DNA of 64,000 bases from NCBI RefSeq assembly GCF_009914755.1, contig NC_060925.1, one strand, 5' to 3'. A program made the translations under genes and the position numbers. The notes beneath the pieces were generated by a model that did no database searches, was not told where the DNA came from, and saw only the letters and a list, made by a program, of their open reading frames with translations. Below are positions 50,583-64,000 of the stretch, one piece after another (position 1 is the first letter of the stretch; the number at the start of each line of letters is the position of its first letter). The DNA comes from the human T2T-CHM13v2.0 reference genome, Homo sapiens.

Positions 50583-50745
50583 AAAAAGTGATAAGTTGGT
50601 GAGGTGACAAATGTGTTCATTAGCTTGACTGGATCTTTACACCATGCATACTTAGATCAAAACATCACACTGTGCCTCATACATAAATGTACAAAATTAT
50701 TATTTGTCTATTAAAGATGCATTTACATTTTTTAAAATAAATAAA
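50583..50745 (+). mobile_element. short L1MA 3' end
   Basis: GTGAGGTGACAAATGTGTTCATTAGCTTGA..ATCAAAACATCACACTGTG..TTATTTGTC. Confidence 0.7.
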
Positions 50746-51974
50746 TTTAGACTACAATTATGGTTCCATAACTGAAAATATACTAAAATTTTGAGATGAT
50801 TTTAAAAATAATAATCACACATGACTGGTAAGCTCTGCAGCTGAAAGGAAAAAAATGAGGTGAAATTGAGACTGCTATTAGGCGGTCACTGGGTGTTTCA
50901 GTGGAGCGGTAAGCAAAATTATTTGTTCTTTAGTAATCTAGGACTGACTTGCAAAAGGCTATGATTAAGTTAAACATTTTGTATTCACAGGTCACAGAGT
51001 AAGGGACATTTAATGGAGGGTAGGGGGATCTCTAAACCCACCTCAGTGTTATCCACATCTAGAAAATCAAATGTACAACACAGATGCTGGGAATTTCTGG
51101 CAGGGAAACCTGGGGCCAGAGAGGAGAGCTGGCTCGGTGGACAACACCAGCTGTAAGCACACTCCGGTGAATTTTCCTGGACCAAATTTCCTGGGATCCA
51201 GGATGAAAGGAGGTTTTAGGGCTGCCTAGCAACACTATGTTTATACAATGGTCCAAGAACATGGAGAGAAGAAGAGCAAAAATACAAAAATCTGTTTCTG
51301 GAGAGGGGCTGCCAGGGTGACTATCAGGCAGCCCCAGCCTGGAGCAGGCCTCCCCAGGCCGAGCCCGGGCATGTGACACCCAGACTCCGCAGGCTGTGTG
51401 ACATGGGAAACAGGCCTGGTGGGTCCCAGATTGCCCCAGCGCCCGCCACTAATCACAGCCATCCTCGGCTTCTCCATTGTTTTCACAGCTGTTCAACCGC
51501 TCCTGCTCAGTAAGGGGACAGACAGGCCGACTCCAAATCATGGAGTAGAAAATAACACTCTGTCGCCGTCTCAAAAAAATAAAAAAAAGAAAAGAAAAGA
51601 ACACTCTGGCCAAAGAAAGGGTGCACAAAAAAGGATTTTATTGGTGGGGGCGGGGCAGGGGGATGGTGTCAGGGAGATGGGAAACATACAAAACTCTTAA
51701 CCCTTTTATTGGCTTGATCAAATGTGACTGTTTTCAAAAGAGAAGAGACAGAATTCAAATTGTTTTGTAGTTCAACATTTTAAGGATTAGATTTTTCCAA
51801 CTGAGATCATATTTGCCCATAAAATTACCAATGGAAATGGTACCCATTTCTCCAGGCAAGACCACAAAAGCCTACTTAATTATCCATGTATTTAGTTATA
51901 CTCACCAACCTGAGAGATGAGAACCTAGATCAGAGAACAGAGAGGAGGAAACAATATTTTTTAATATGAAAATG

Positions 51975-52190
51975 TATAGATTGCTTGCTGTGTACTCAGT
52001 ACATTATGTATACAACATCACAATCCACACCCTCAAGCTATGAAGTAGGTAATTACCTCATTTTACATATGAGGAAACTGAGGCAGTAACTTGCCCAAAG
52101 TTACAGAGCTACAAAGAGGCAGGGACATTATTGTAAGAGAGGCAATCTAATTCACAAATCAAGAGCCTTAATCACTACGTTACACTGCTT
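51975..52190 (-). mobile_element. MIR SINE
   Basis: CCTCATTTTACATATGAGGAAACTGAGGC..AACTTGCCCAAAGTTACA. Confidence 0.75.
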
Positions 52191-52204
52191 CCTTTAATAC
52201 CTCG

Positions 52205-52653
52205 ATATTGGTTTCCTAAGGCTGCTGTAATGGATTACCACAAATGTGATGCCTTAAAATAACGCAACTATGTTATCTTACAGTATGGAGGTCAGAAGTC
52301 CAAAATTAGTTTCACTGAGCTAAAATCAAGATGTTCCTTCTGGAGACTCTAGGGGAGAATCTGTTTTCTTGTGTTTTCCAAATTCTAACAGCTGCCAACA
52401 TTCTTTGGCTCGTGACCTCCTTCCTCCATCTTCAAAGCCAGCAGTGTAGCACCTTCTCCCTCTCTAGTTCCAAACTTCCATCTTCACTGTCTCTTATAAG
52501 GACCCGTGACTACATTTAAGGCCCACCTGGATCATTAAGGATAACCTAGCCATTTCAAGGTCTTAATCATCTTTGTGAAGACCCTTTTGCCATGTAAGGT
52601 AACATATTCACATGTTCCAAAGACATGAGGGGTCCCTTACTCCACCTACCACA
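52205..52653 (-). mobile_element. MLT1B-D MaLR LTR
   Basis: GGCTGCTGTAA..TTACCACAAA..GGAGGTCAGAAGTCC..CCATGTAAGGTAACATATTCACA..CCTACCACA. Confidence 0.8.
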
Positions 52654-53128
52654 ACCCCTAATAATGTATGTGTATTTTAACTAGTACAGTCACCATGCCA
52701 TGTTATGTATGTGTATACATACATGTCTATGTTCTCCTCACAATCATACTGCAATTGTTTTCAGGACAGGGACCATGTTCCACTCATCTTTAAATCTTTA
52801 GTTCCTGATAAACACAAAGTAGGCACCCATAAATTGTTGTATTTGACCAATGAATGATGAATAAATTTCAGTATGACAATTTTGAGTTAACATACATGTC
52901 ATTTATAACAAAAAAATGAACATATGTTGACGGTCAGTAACCAACATCAAGTGTACTGAATGGTTCTCTCCTCCTGCCCTTACCAAATCCTGCTGTGATA
53001 GGCCTCTTTCCTTTGCTCAGACTGTCCTCCTGCCTTGGATGTCCTTCCTGCCTTTCTTGTCTTGATTAATTCCTGCTTGTCCTTTCAGACTCAGGTCAGG
53101 GGTTTCTTCTCTTAGAAAGCCTTCTCTG

Positions 53129-53133
53129 ACACA

Positions 53134-53174
<41 letters not shown>
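53129..53174 (+). repeat. (CA)n microsatellite with one TA interruption
   Basis: Read directly. Confidence 0.95.
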
Positions 53175-53175
<1 letters not shown>

Positions 53176-53176
<1 letters not shown>

Positions 53177-53345
53177 GGCTGGAAGTAGCTCGCTAGAGCT
53201 GCTTGTGCATATTTTGTCTCCTTATTTGAAACATCCCGTTGATAACTATGGTAGGAGTATTTACACCACAGAAATTGGCAAATACTACAACTCAGGGTTT
53301 TTCCTTCCAGAAAGCCATTATTAAATATTTATACCACACACCCCA
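53176..53345. mobile_element. MER63-like hAT-Blackjack DNA transposon relic
   Basis: TTTACACCACAGAAATTGGCAAATACTACAACTCAGGG..TTAAATATTTA..CACACC. Confidence 0.6.
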
Positions 53346-55234
53346 TGGCTTAGTTCCTCACTCTTGACTTGTATACCAATAGTGTCCCCCCTACTTACCT
53401 CTACCACACTATTGTCTCATTGTCTTTGAACCTTTTATTTATATGCTGGTTATCCACACTTGCTAGGTGCCCACTAAAGGCGGAAACTCTTTCTCTCTTT
53501 CTCTATGCCTAGCATACAACAAAGTTCCTAACAGGCACTAGATTTTCAGTAAATATGGAAAGGACAAATAATAATAGCCATAACACTAATCATAAAAATA
53601 CAGCTAAAATTTAATTCACTCTTACTTACCAAATACTCATAACTAAGAAGTATAGTATGACTCAAGGATATACAGAGCAAGGTTGTTTTATTTTTTTCTA
53701 GTAACTGCAATTGCTTTTTCAACAACCCCCACCATCATATACTAGTGGAAGGGTGGAGTTGTGGGAATGGTTTGGTGGTACCTTTAAGTTGCCAAATAAC
53801 CATTTGACAATATCTTAGTCCTTCCAATAATTCAACCTGGTCCAGCAGTCTGTGGACTGATCCAGTTATAGCCTCAAATTCATTTCAGATAAGCATTCAA
53901 TCCCATGTAGAGATTAGCATCCTCCTTCCCTGCCTCCTGCATTAAGCTGCTGCAAGGGCCATTGAGACAGAAGAGAAGGGTGACTTGTTCACCCCAGACG
54001 ATTCATTTTGATCATCTTGTACTTTTTCTTTCTCCTCCGTGTTGTGTGCTAACATGGGGGCTGAGGTGGTAAGGGGGCAGTCTGTTTCCCAGGAGAACGT
54101 GCGGGGCATATTTATGAGTTCTGGTGACCTTTATCATTTTTTTCTCACTGCTCATCTACTCATGGTCTCTATATTCACCTGTGACAGGTAGGCACTAATT
54201 GTTTTAGCCAGCATGGACATGGCCTTATGCAGTGACGCCCAAGACACTGTGAAACATCTTCAGTCTGACTCCAGCCCATAATCTTCAATATCTGCAGTAG
54301 TCTCTAGCAAATGTGTAGACCTCCAATCTCCTCGCCTTCATCATCCTGTACACAAGGCCGATGGAAGCAGATGGGATTTTCCACTGTTCCTTGAGTGGGA
54401 TGGTCTTTGCCCCTTCTTCTGTCTCCAAACTCCAGGATCCTGGGGGTATGTCTGAAACCTAGCAAACATCCATCTGGAGAATGAGCCACAAGATTTTTTT
54501 TCCCCTTCTTGCAGAAACTCCAACAATTTAATTAGCAAGGGGAAAGGAGGCTAACTTTAACATCTTCCATTGAAGTTCTTCACCAAAGTAACTTCCCCAC
54601 CCAGCCACCCCCAGATTCATTTGTTTAGAAATGGGGATGGGAGGTTGTCATATAGTTTCTTTTAGCATATCATGCTCTGCAAAACCTATGTGTGGCCAGG
54701 CTGTTTCTTTGACTTTAGAAGGTGAAGCAATAGCATCTTTATTCCCAGCTGTGAGCCATCTCTTCACTAGTTTACTTCTTATATTTCTGTGTGTACCAAG
54801 TACTATGATAAGTATTTTATAGGAATTATGTCACAACAAAGTAATTAGACTCTTTATTACAGATAGGGACATTGAATTTCACAAAGGTTACATCATTTGC
54901 TCAGCATCCCACCAATAATAAGTTCCAAAGTAAAATTCAAACACAAGTTTGTTTAAATAAAAAACCTAGGTTCTTTACCACTGCTCTCTTCCACCATCTC
55001 AAATCTGCACTCCCAAATCTGTCCTGATTTGTGGAACCACCTCTGCCTCTCCAAAAGTACCTCTCACTTAGCTTACATTGTTAAGTATCCTTTTAAATAT
55101 ATGTTGCTGCCTGGAAGACAAGCTCATTAGCTCTTTTTATTATAAGGTGTTTTTTTTGCTCATCACTACCAAGAACCAGACAAGGGGGTCGTCAAAATAG
55201 CAAACAGGAGAAAATTTAAAATTTTAAGTAATTC

Positions 55235-55548
<314 letters not shown>

Positions 55549-58199
55549 TTAAGTAATTCACCAATCTCCTGCAGGGCTTGCCACAGTCTAGTTAAGAAAA
55601 GTGACCAGCTCATGAAGATCCTGCCAACCCTGACCCCAAGAAAGGCCTTGGCTTCCACAATACATTTAAGTGCCTCACACTGACCTCCCAGAAGGTTCTG
55701 GGCCCCCACTGAACAAAGAGAAATATCTTTGCAAAACCTTCTACTGGTCATATCATTGAGAGGGACTGGCGTTTGTTGCACTTCCAGCTGGGATTCCTGG
55801 TCTCACAGCTTCCAACGCTGCACCCATCCATGACCCTCACTAACCCCTACTAAAGGTCACATTATTAGAGCAGCTCCCTCTCTTCCAACTATCCAGAATA
55901 AGCCACATGAGTTATATCCAGAATCTTTCTTGCCTCACTCAATCCAGACCTAATCATCTATTTCCAGATTTATTTGACTGAGTCCTATCCAGACTCTACA
56001 ATGACTTTGAAGGTCAGATTCCACCTCTTCAGTAAGAGAAAGCCTGAGACTATCTTATCTCATCATCAAAGAGTGAAGAACAATCCCAAAATAAGTAGAA
56101 ACGCAAAAGCTTATAACCTCTTTTTCTCCTCCCATTCATAAGACATTCCAACCACAAAGGTTCTGGGTAAAATCTCAAAAAAAAAAAAAAAATTCAGTCA
56201 AAAGTAAAATCATCATTTCAACAAATTTTTTTTGTTTTGACCAAATCATCTGCTCCAAACCACCATTGCCAAGGCCACTTAATGCATTTGGCACTATGAG
56301 CTCAGGGCCTAAGACTTGCATGCATAAAGATATATTTATAGGCTCCAAAATAAGAAACAAAAACTGCAGATCAAAATGAATGAATGTTGAATTAAATATC
56401 TACACAAATTTAACATTTTGTCAGCTATTAGACTACAACTCAACTTATATGGTTATTCATAATTTCATGAAATAGGACATGTGGTTGCATTTTAATACAT
56501 TTGAAATGATCTTGGGTAGATCCTCCAAAACAAAGGCTGCCTAGGATGCTAAAGCGTCTCTGCTTAGCTCCGTGGACCATGGTGTGTCCTTGAACAAATT
56601 TTGAGTTCATCTCCTCTTCAGGAGTGAAGAAAGGAAGCGGAAAATGCAATAGGCCTTCACCTTTACCAAAGGTTGCAGGGTGTCCCATCATGTATTCCAT
56701 ACTGCGTCCCATCCCCTCCCCCTGCAGACACTCAGGCCTGCCCTAAGCTCTTCACATTGTGGGCTAATCTCTTGTCTCTATCTTCTCTAGTCTTCATCTG
56801 GGTACCTCTATTCATTGTAGTAATTCCAGGTAGAGGAAATTACAAGCTTTATTTATTTCTGGTAAGTAACTTCACCTTAGACATCTCCCAAAAGGGGAAC
56901 ACCCATCTCAAGGAGCCAACTGATGGGCAAAAACTGAGAGCCACCTATATGCATATAATAATGACACACATAATATCAATCACTTTGTGCCAAGCACCAT
57001 TCTCAACATTTTTCAATTATACCACTGATCCCCTAATTATACTTATTTTTCAGATGAGAAAAATTTAGCAGTGAGAGTAGCTATCATGCCCAAGGTCACA
57101 TAGGCAGAAAGTGTCAGAGGCTTGACCGCTACATTGGCCCATTATGTTATGCAGGTGGGAAGAACTTAAGCCTGGAACCCAACCCTCATCTGAGGATGGC
57201 AGATGAAACCAGGGAGCCTAGGACCAGGTATCGCTGAACAACTTCTTGAGAAACACATTTATATCTGACTTACATCATAGGATTTAAGGGCTCTTCATCA
57301 GAGCAGCTCAGCCTGTTCTCTAACACACCTTGTCTCACAGCCTTCCAAGAAAGCACGCCCAGCCTATTTATTTATAAAATGCCCTCCCCATGACTTGCCC
57401 CTTCTCTCTGTGTGTGTTTTACTCATCTAAATTCTACCTGTCCCTCCATCCTTGGTTTATATCCCATCTCATCTTTCCAATTCCAGCACCTGGTAAACCT
57501 TGATTTTTCTGGGCTTCTCTAACTAACACTGTGTATTGTTACCAATCTCTTGGGAATTTAATCACACATGGCTGGATCTGGCTAACCAATTTCTCCATTT
57601 GGTAAGTCTCATGGTCCCAGGAAGATTTGAGAAAAAGTCCTTGAGGGCATGGAGTTGGTCTTAGAGAACACACCTCTGGATTCCTTTCGCCTGGGTTTAC
57701 ATTTCTGCTCTGTATTTATCAGTTGTAAGACCATGGATAAAACACTTGATTTTTGTGTGCTTCAATCTCCTCAACTATAAAATCAGGGTAATAATGGTAT
57801 CTAACTATAGGGCTGCCAGGAACAGCAAAGGAGCCAGTAATTCATGGAATCCTATATAGGATTTAAATAGAGTTGATGATGTCCCTAAATTTGTTTTTAA
57901 TGATTTAATAATTACATTTTAAAATCTAAGTATTTGACTGTATCTTTCATGCTTATCAACTGTCATTTATAATAAGAGTAAACAAAAACAAAAAGCTTAC
58001 TTTTTGCAAAGAACTGGGCTAAGTATGTGTCTGGTTTTTTCCCCACCAACCTTATTTGAGCCAAGGGGATTGCAGAGGGAGAAAAATACATGTGCAAGTA
58101 TCACATCACTTTATTTCCAGAACTATAAACTATGGAACAGATTGCATTTGCAATATTTGTTTAAAATAAGCCTTTAGTAAGTTATATCCCCAGAGACTA

Positions 58200-58570
58200 G
58201 TCACTGCAACTAACCCGTCAAAAATAACCACAGCAAGGAATTGGAGGCTCCTGATATAATCTGTATATTTATAGGAGGCTTCGCTTCAAAAAGGTAGCTC
58301 CAACCCCGGATCTCAAGACCTTTATTTGAACTCTTGGCTGCAGCATAATTGACAGAGAGAATTAAAGGGGATATGAAGACCTGGGACTGAACTTTTTCAA
58401 TAGTCTCAGCTCGGCTCACGTTGCTCACGATATTAGAGGCTGCCGTGATGATATTAAATGATGCCGCACTGACAGAGATTAACAGAGTAGGCAATTAGAT
58501 TTAAATGCTGTAATTGGAACATGCTGTTAAGTGCCTACCATCAGTCCTGGGTCTCCCCTTATGGCAAGCG
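58200..58570. promoter_or_regulatory. candidate conserved developmental enhancer
   Basis: No recognisable repeat; two TGACAG+ATTAA composites, several TAAT cores, locally retained CpGs. Confidence 0.45.
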
Positions 58571-59624
58571 AGTCTCTCCTTGGGTTGCTCTGTAAATTTA
58601 ACACTGTCCTCACCAGCAACAAATCCTCCATCACTGATGTACAGAGTGTGAACAGGCCTGACATTATTATGAAATTGTCATGTATCTTCTACACGTGTCC
58701 ATAATACTTGAAAATTTCAAAATGCTTTCAAATCCGGTTAGGTCTTTTGGGCTTTATATACATTTGTGAGGAGAAAAGAATCATATTGCAAAGGATGTAA
58801 TTGAGGATTGATACAAGTAAAAAGACCTGCCCAGGGCCTGCTAAGCTACTCTGTTAATGCATCAAGAATCTAAATTATGTCCTTTGACTTCCATGTGCTT
58901 TTCATCATGCCATGGTGCCTCCATAGGTTGTAATTTGAAATTAAATTCTGCCTGCTGAACACTATTCTCTCAGAAGATGAAGACTCTCAGCCCCACAACA
59001 GGACAAGCTACCATATTTTGACATTACCTTCATGCCTGTAGGTCTTCACCAACAATATTACCTTCACTAACCACAGACAATACCATAGAATGAGGTAATC
59101 AATCACCATGTGCTTGCTGGGTATCTGATATGTGTCAAGACATCGATACACACCATATGATGATTATAAAAGGGGATCTTAAAATTTCACTATTTCTATC
59201 CATGTGACTCAATTTGCCCACTTACGAAGTATAACAACTTTAAAAAAATAGCTAACATTTGCCAAGATAATTACAACATGCCAGGCCTTTTATAGATGCT
59301 CTCTATGTACTAACTTTTGAATTTTTAAAGTTGGCTTTCAAACTGTCATTGCAGTAACAGGATTCCACAGTGTTGCTATAGAGGTTGTTGCAAAGTGGAA
59401 AGGGTTAACTGGATGAGCCTCTCGGTCCACACCCCAAACTTCACTCAGAAAGAGAAACGGGAATTGTGGTGTTTTCTCATTCACATATTTCAGATATAGG
59501 GTTTTTAGAAATAATTTATATATTGGTTCAAAATTCAAAAAGTAGAAAAAAAATGCATCAAATGAAAAATATTTCTCCCATTTAAGTCCCCCAGCCACCC
59601 AGTATAGCTCCCCCGAAAGGAAAA

Positions 59625-59658
<34 letters not shown>

Positions 59659-61013
59659 ACTGCTCTTATTAATTCTTCAGATGCCCTTTCAAAGATGTTT
59701 TTAATAAATATAAGTATTTTTTTCCATTTTCCTTCCATACCATATACACTGTTTTACATCTTGATTTTTCACTTAAAAATGCAACTTGGAGATCTTCCTA
59801 TAACAGTTCCTAAAAAACTTCAGCTGCATAATTCCTTTTAACCAGTCCTCTGTTGATGAATATTTAGGTAATCTTTTGCTGTGAAGAATAATGTTACATG
59901 TGTCATTTTTCACACAGGAAAATGTACTGATAGTGTAATTTCCTAGAATTGGAATTGTAGGATCAAAGAATAGATGCATTTGTAATTTTGTTTGATACTG
60001 TTTAAATTGTACTAATTTACCTCCCACCAGCAGCATATGAGTGTTACCACACAGTCTTGGCAACATCAAGCATCAAATGTTTGAATCTTTTGCTTTCACT
60101 TTTATAAGAATCTCTAGTTTTGAATTTTCCTTTTATCTGGCCTATCTATGCATATCCTTTGCCCATTTTTTCCAGTGGGTTGATTATCTTTTCCATATTG
60201 ACTTATAGAAGCTATTTATATATTAAAGATATTGTCTGTGACAAGTTGCACATATTTTGCCTCGGATCATTTGTCTTTTGACTCTGTTTCTAGTACTTTT
60301 GCATGCAAATACTTTAAATATATAAAGTTGGATTTATCAGATTTTTCTTGTCCAGTTATTGCATTTTGTATAATATCGAAAAGATGTTTCTCATTCCTGG
60401 ACAATAAAATAATCCTCACATATTTTCTTCTACTACCTTTATGATTTAATTTTTTACTTTTAAATAGTTGATTCATTTGGAACTCATCTTGGTGCACAGT
60501 GTGACTGTGAATCCAATTTTTTTTCCAAATAGTTACCCATCTATTACTATTACAGACTAGTCTGCCCCCCAATTTCAACACACCACTGATTTGAGCTGCC
60601 AATTTTATTATATACCCATTCCCCTATATATTTGAATTCCATATATATTTAGATTTTTTTTCTGTTCCACTAGTTTTACTTATCAGCCAATATCTCATCG
60701 TTTTAGTAAAGGTTTATTATATGTTTTAATATTCCCTAAAATAAGTGCTACCTTATTGCTCTTCTATTTTTGTGTTTTCTGGCTATTCTTATCTATTTCT
60801 TTTACCATAAGAAAAAATTTATAAAGATTTTATGTATTTTTATTAAAATTATATTCAATTTATAAATTAATGCAAGGGAAAATTATATCTTTATTTGGTT
60901 GAGTCTTCCTATCCAACAACGCTGTATATGCTTTCTATTTGTTCAGCTCTTCTTTTGTGCAATTTCACAAATATGCTGTGTATGTGTTAAACACGTATAG
61001 ATATGCACACATA

Positions 61014-61524
61014 CATTCATGTAGGTGTCAATGACAAAGATGTGTTCTGAGATGCATCCTTAGGCAATTTCATCATTGTGAGAACATCATAGAGTGTACT
61101 TACACAAACTTAGTGTAGCCTACTACACACCTATAGCTATTGTTCATAAGCTACATCCTGGTGTGGCATATTACTGTGTGAAATACTATAGGCAATTGTG
61201 GCACAATGGTGAGTATTTGTATATCTAAACATATCTAGGCTGGACATGGTGGCACACAGCTATAATCCCAGCACTTTTGGAGGCTGAAGCAGGTGGATTA
61301 CTTTAGTCTAGGAGTTCAAGACCAGCATGGGCAACATGGCAAGACACTATCTCTACAAAAATAAAAATTAAAAAATTAAAAATTTTAAAAATCCCATATC
61401 TAAGCATAGAAAGGGTACAGCTAAAATATCATATTATATTCTTATGTGACCACTATCTTATATGTGGACTGTCATATATGCTGTCCATTGTTGACCAAAA
61501 ACACTGTTATGCAGTGCATGACTA
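61014..61524 (-). mobile_element. Tigger3a (MER7/GOLEM-type) DNA transposon, split by a FLAM
   Basis: AACATCATAGAGTGTACTTACACAAAC..GTAGCCTACTACACACCTA..TGTTATGCAGTGCATGACT; degenerate terminal inverted repeats. Confidence 0.8.
61238..61391 (+). mobile_element. FLAM / free left Alu monomer
   Basis: GGCTGGACATGGTGGC..TAATCCCAGCACTTT..AGGAGTTCAAGACCAGC..TCTCTAC plus A-rich tail; CATATCTA on both flanks. Confidence 0.85.
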
Positions 61525-62504
61525 TGTGTATATGATTGCACCTATATGTACATGTAATATATATAGTTTGTATGTACATGAGACATTTGTGATGTTGCAT
61601 TAGTTACCTTTCATTATCTCTGGAGAATGATTATAGAGATTTTGTCATTAGGTCTATTAATATGCAGATTTTTATTAATATATGTCCCTATATTGATTCA
61701 TCCTTATATTCCTGAAATAACTCATCTTCCTCATGGTACAGTATTCTCTAATATGCTGCCAGATTCTGTAAGGTAGTATTTTATTGGGAAATTTCACATC
61801 TTGATTACGAGAACTTTTTTTTTAGTGTGGAAACATTGACTACATGGTCTTTAAGGTCTCTTTAAGTTCTAATATTCATTGAGTAAACTCCAAGACAGTA
61901 TGAGAACAATTAAATGCCACACTGTTTTCATAAGTTAAAAAAGTAATTAAAAGAATTCCTTTCCATTCTCTGTGCTTTCTACAGTGTCCAGCATAAAATG
62001 AGTGCACAAACAATATTTATTAAATAAGTAATAAATGAATAAATATTAATTAGACACTGGAAGGCCCACAACACTGTGCAGGATACAAACAATGACTTAA
62101 AGGGTTCCAGAGACTAATGTGATGAACTAGGAAAGAACATGGAATTTGGACTCAATTATACCTAGAATCTAACCTCAGCTCTGTTCCCCTGATTGATGAA
62201 AGATCTCACACTTGATACTTAACTCATTGTCCTTACCTGTAAAATGGAGAGAATAATATATAGCATGAAGTTGGCGGTGAACATAAAGTGAAATAGTCTA
62301 TGTAATTGGCAGGCATATTGCTTGATGTATAACAGATTTTTTAAAAACTTTACTTTCCTGTCTCATTTATACTCTCCCTCCATCCTTAAGAACACATGCT
62401 CTAGTACATGCATATGTTTTTAATAATGATAATGATAATGAAATAAAGCAAGAATGCACACAAACACAAAGTCACACAAACTACAGTTTAATACGGCCTA
62501 GGGC

Positions 62505-62710
62505 TGTGGTGAAGCATGGAGTCCAGAGCCAGACAGAACCGGGTTCTGACCCCAGGTCAGCCAGCATCTTACTGTATGACTGTGGGCATGTCATCTAAAT
62601 CACATGTCATCTAAATCTTGGTTTCCTTGTCTGTAAAATGGGAATATTACTTACTATTTCATACACTTGGTTCGAAAACTGAGACAATACATATAAAGCA
62701 CCTAGCCCAA
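62505..62710 (+). mobile_element. MIR SINE
   Basis: GAGCCAGACAGAACCGGGTTC..TGTATGACTGTGGGCA..GTTTCCTTGTCTGTAAAATGGGAAT. Confidence 0.8.
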
Positions 62711-63209
62711 AGCAGCCATGGTACCCCAGTGTCACTGCTCTTTCCTGATAGTTGCGCAGCTGACAGCTGATATACAGATTGCCACTGGCTGCCTGAGAAT
62801 TCTCTTCGGTCAGATCTCCTCCCACAGAGTGGAGAATTCCAACTGTCTAGTCAGGAGACATGACAATGGGAAGTCCCATCCTACTCCACTTTCTTCCCTG
62901 ACCTCCAATCTTCCCAGTCATACGGGCCCATCATTGTAGCACTTAATCATATGCTGTCATATGTGGTTACTCGACTTGTTGGCATGTTATGTTCTACTCA
63001 CCTAAGCACCCTATCTCATGCTGTCCTTTTCTCTCTCAAAGCATCTTTCATTGGCTTGAATTCAGCACCAGCAAGCAATTAAATGCTGTAAATCATATAA
63101 TTTTAGGGTTGGAAGGTTACTGAAAAGTGTAATATGTGAGTCCCCTCAACTACAGTTACTTAAACTGTTGAAAAAACTCCCCGGAAAGATTCTCCTTCCC
63201 ACCACAGCC

Positions 63210-63640
63210 TGTCCCACTGGAATGTTCGCTCCCACCCCAGGGCCTTTGCGTGGCTCTTCTCTATGCCTGAAACACTCTTCCCCACTTCCCTTCTTCCTAT
63301 TTTTTAGTCCTACTCCTGTGATATTTAAAAATTGCAGGCGATTTGCCTCTTCCTCTGGGAAGCCTTCCCTGAGCCCAGGCTAAACCAGGATCCCCTACAA
63401 TATACCATTTTAGCTCCCTGCACTCTTTCTTTATTGTAGTTATCACAGTTAGTACTTATTCACATTGGTGATTATTTACAAATAAATATTTTTTTCACCC
63501 ACTAGGCTGTAAAATGTATAAGGCCAGATGCAAGTCTGTTTTTGCTCATCATGTTTTCACTAGCACCTAATTCTGCACCTAGTCTGCAGTTCATAGTTTT
63601 TAATAGATGTTTGTTGAATTAATTGGTTAATGAATTAAAC
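63210..63640 (+). mobile_element. L2 3' end
   Basis: CCAGGGCCTTTGC..CTCTTCCTCTGGGAAGCCTTCCCTGA..AATAGATGTTTGTTGAAT. Confidence 0.8.
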
Positions 63641-64000
63641 AGCTCCTAAATACTTCCCAGTAAGGATATATTTTTACACTCTCTAAATCACTGGATCCTC
63701 ACCTCAGCTCAGTCACAAAGTGAGATTTAATCCTTTTTCTCTCTCTCCAAATATCTTACCTTGATGTCCAACAGCTTACTACTGAGCATCTCCATTTGAT
63801 CCATTGCTTGGGAGGAATCTCCCTTTTCTTCCAATCGTGCGGTCTACCCCATCTTGTTTCCACCCCAGCCCCCAGTGTGCACACCAGACACACACACACA
63901 GGTACACACAGACTGAGGGTTCCATTAGGCAACAGCAGGTTTTGTGTGTGGCTTCTGTATGATATAAATACTTTCTCTACATTCAAGTGTAATGTGTATG

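Larger units (their letters stand above)
59470..61810 (-). mobile_element. old L1ME-class element (3'UTR and ORF2 end), fragmented
   Basis: TTCCTAGAATTGGAATTGTAGGATCAAAG, CATATCCTTTGCCCATTTT, GAGTCTTCCTATCCA antisense L1 motifs. Confidence 0.7.

Noticed and set aside
59628-59655. Isolated A28 run as a possible orphan poly-A retroinsertion
   Set aside because: No flanking TSD; simple homopolymer expansion suffices (likewise 34253-34271).

Overview
Primate (most likely human) nuclear DNA from an AT-rich intronic or intergenic region. I see no protein-coding exon, RNA gene or processed pseudogene. The listed ORFs are L1/Alu/LTR-derived or chance ORFs. Much of the window is interspersed repeat: a full-length L1MA2/3 nested in an older 5'-inverted L1, two more 5'-inverted (twin-primed) L1PA4-like copies, L1PA13-16, L1PB, L1MC and L1ME pieces, six Alus plus a FLAM, a two-LTR MSTA element, MER4/MSTB/THE1/MLT1 LTRs, Tigger3a, MER63, and many MIR/L2/L3 relics. 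The signals that repeat annotation does not explain are: (i) several short insertions inside old repeats copied from nearby DNA (direct, inverted and snap-back copies at 24-76, 12954-12989, 18741-18800, 29006-29054, 45557-45609), resembling fossil polymerase-theta or template-switch repair scars; (ii) a shared non-consensus 3-nt variant in a 65-bp identical tract of two neighbouring L1s (possible gene conversion); (iii) repeat-free islands rich in MEIS/homeodomain/TCF/SOX motifs that look like developmental enhancers; (iv) possible minus-strand non-coding exons. Subfamily calls are from remembered consensus sequences, not from a database search, and boundaries of old repeats are approximate.
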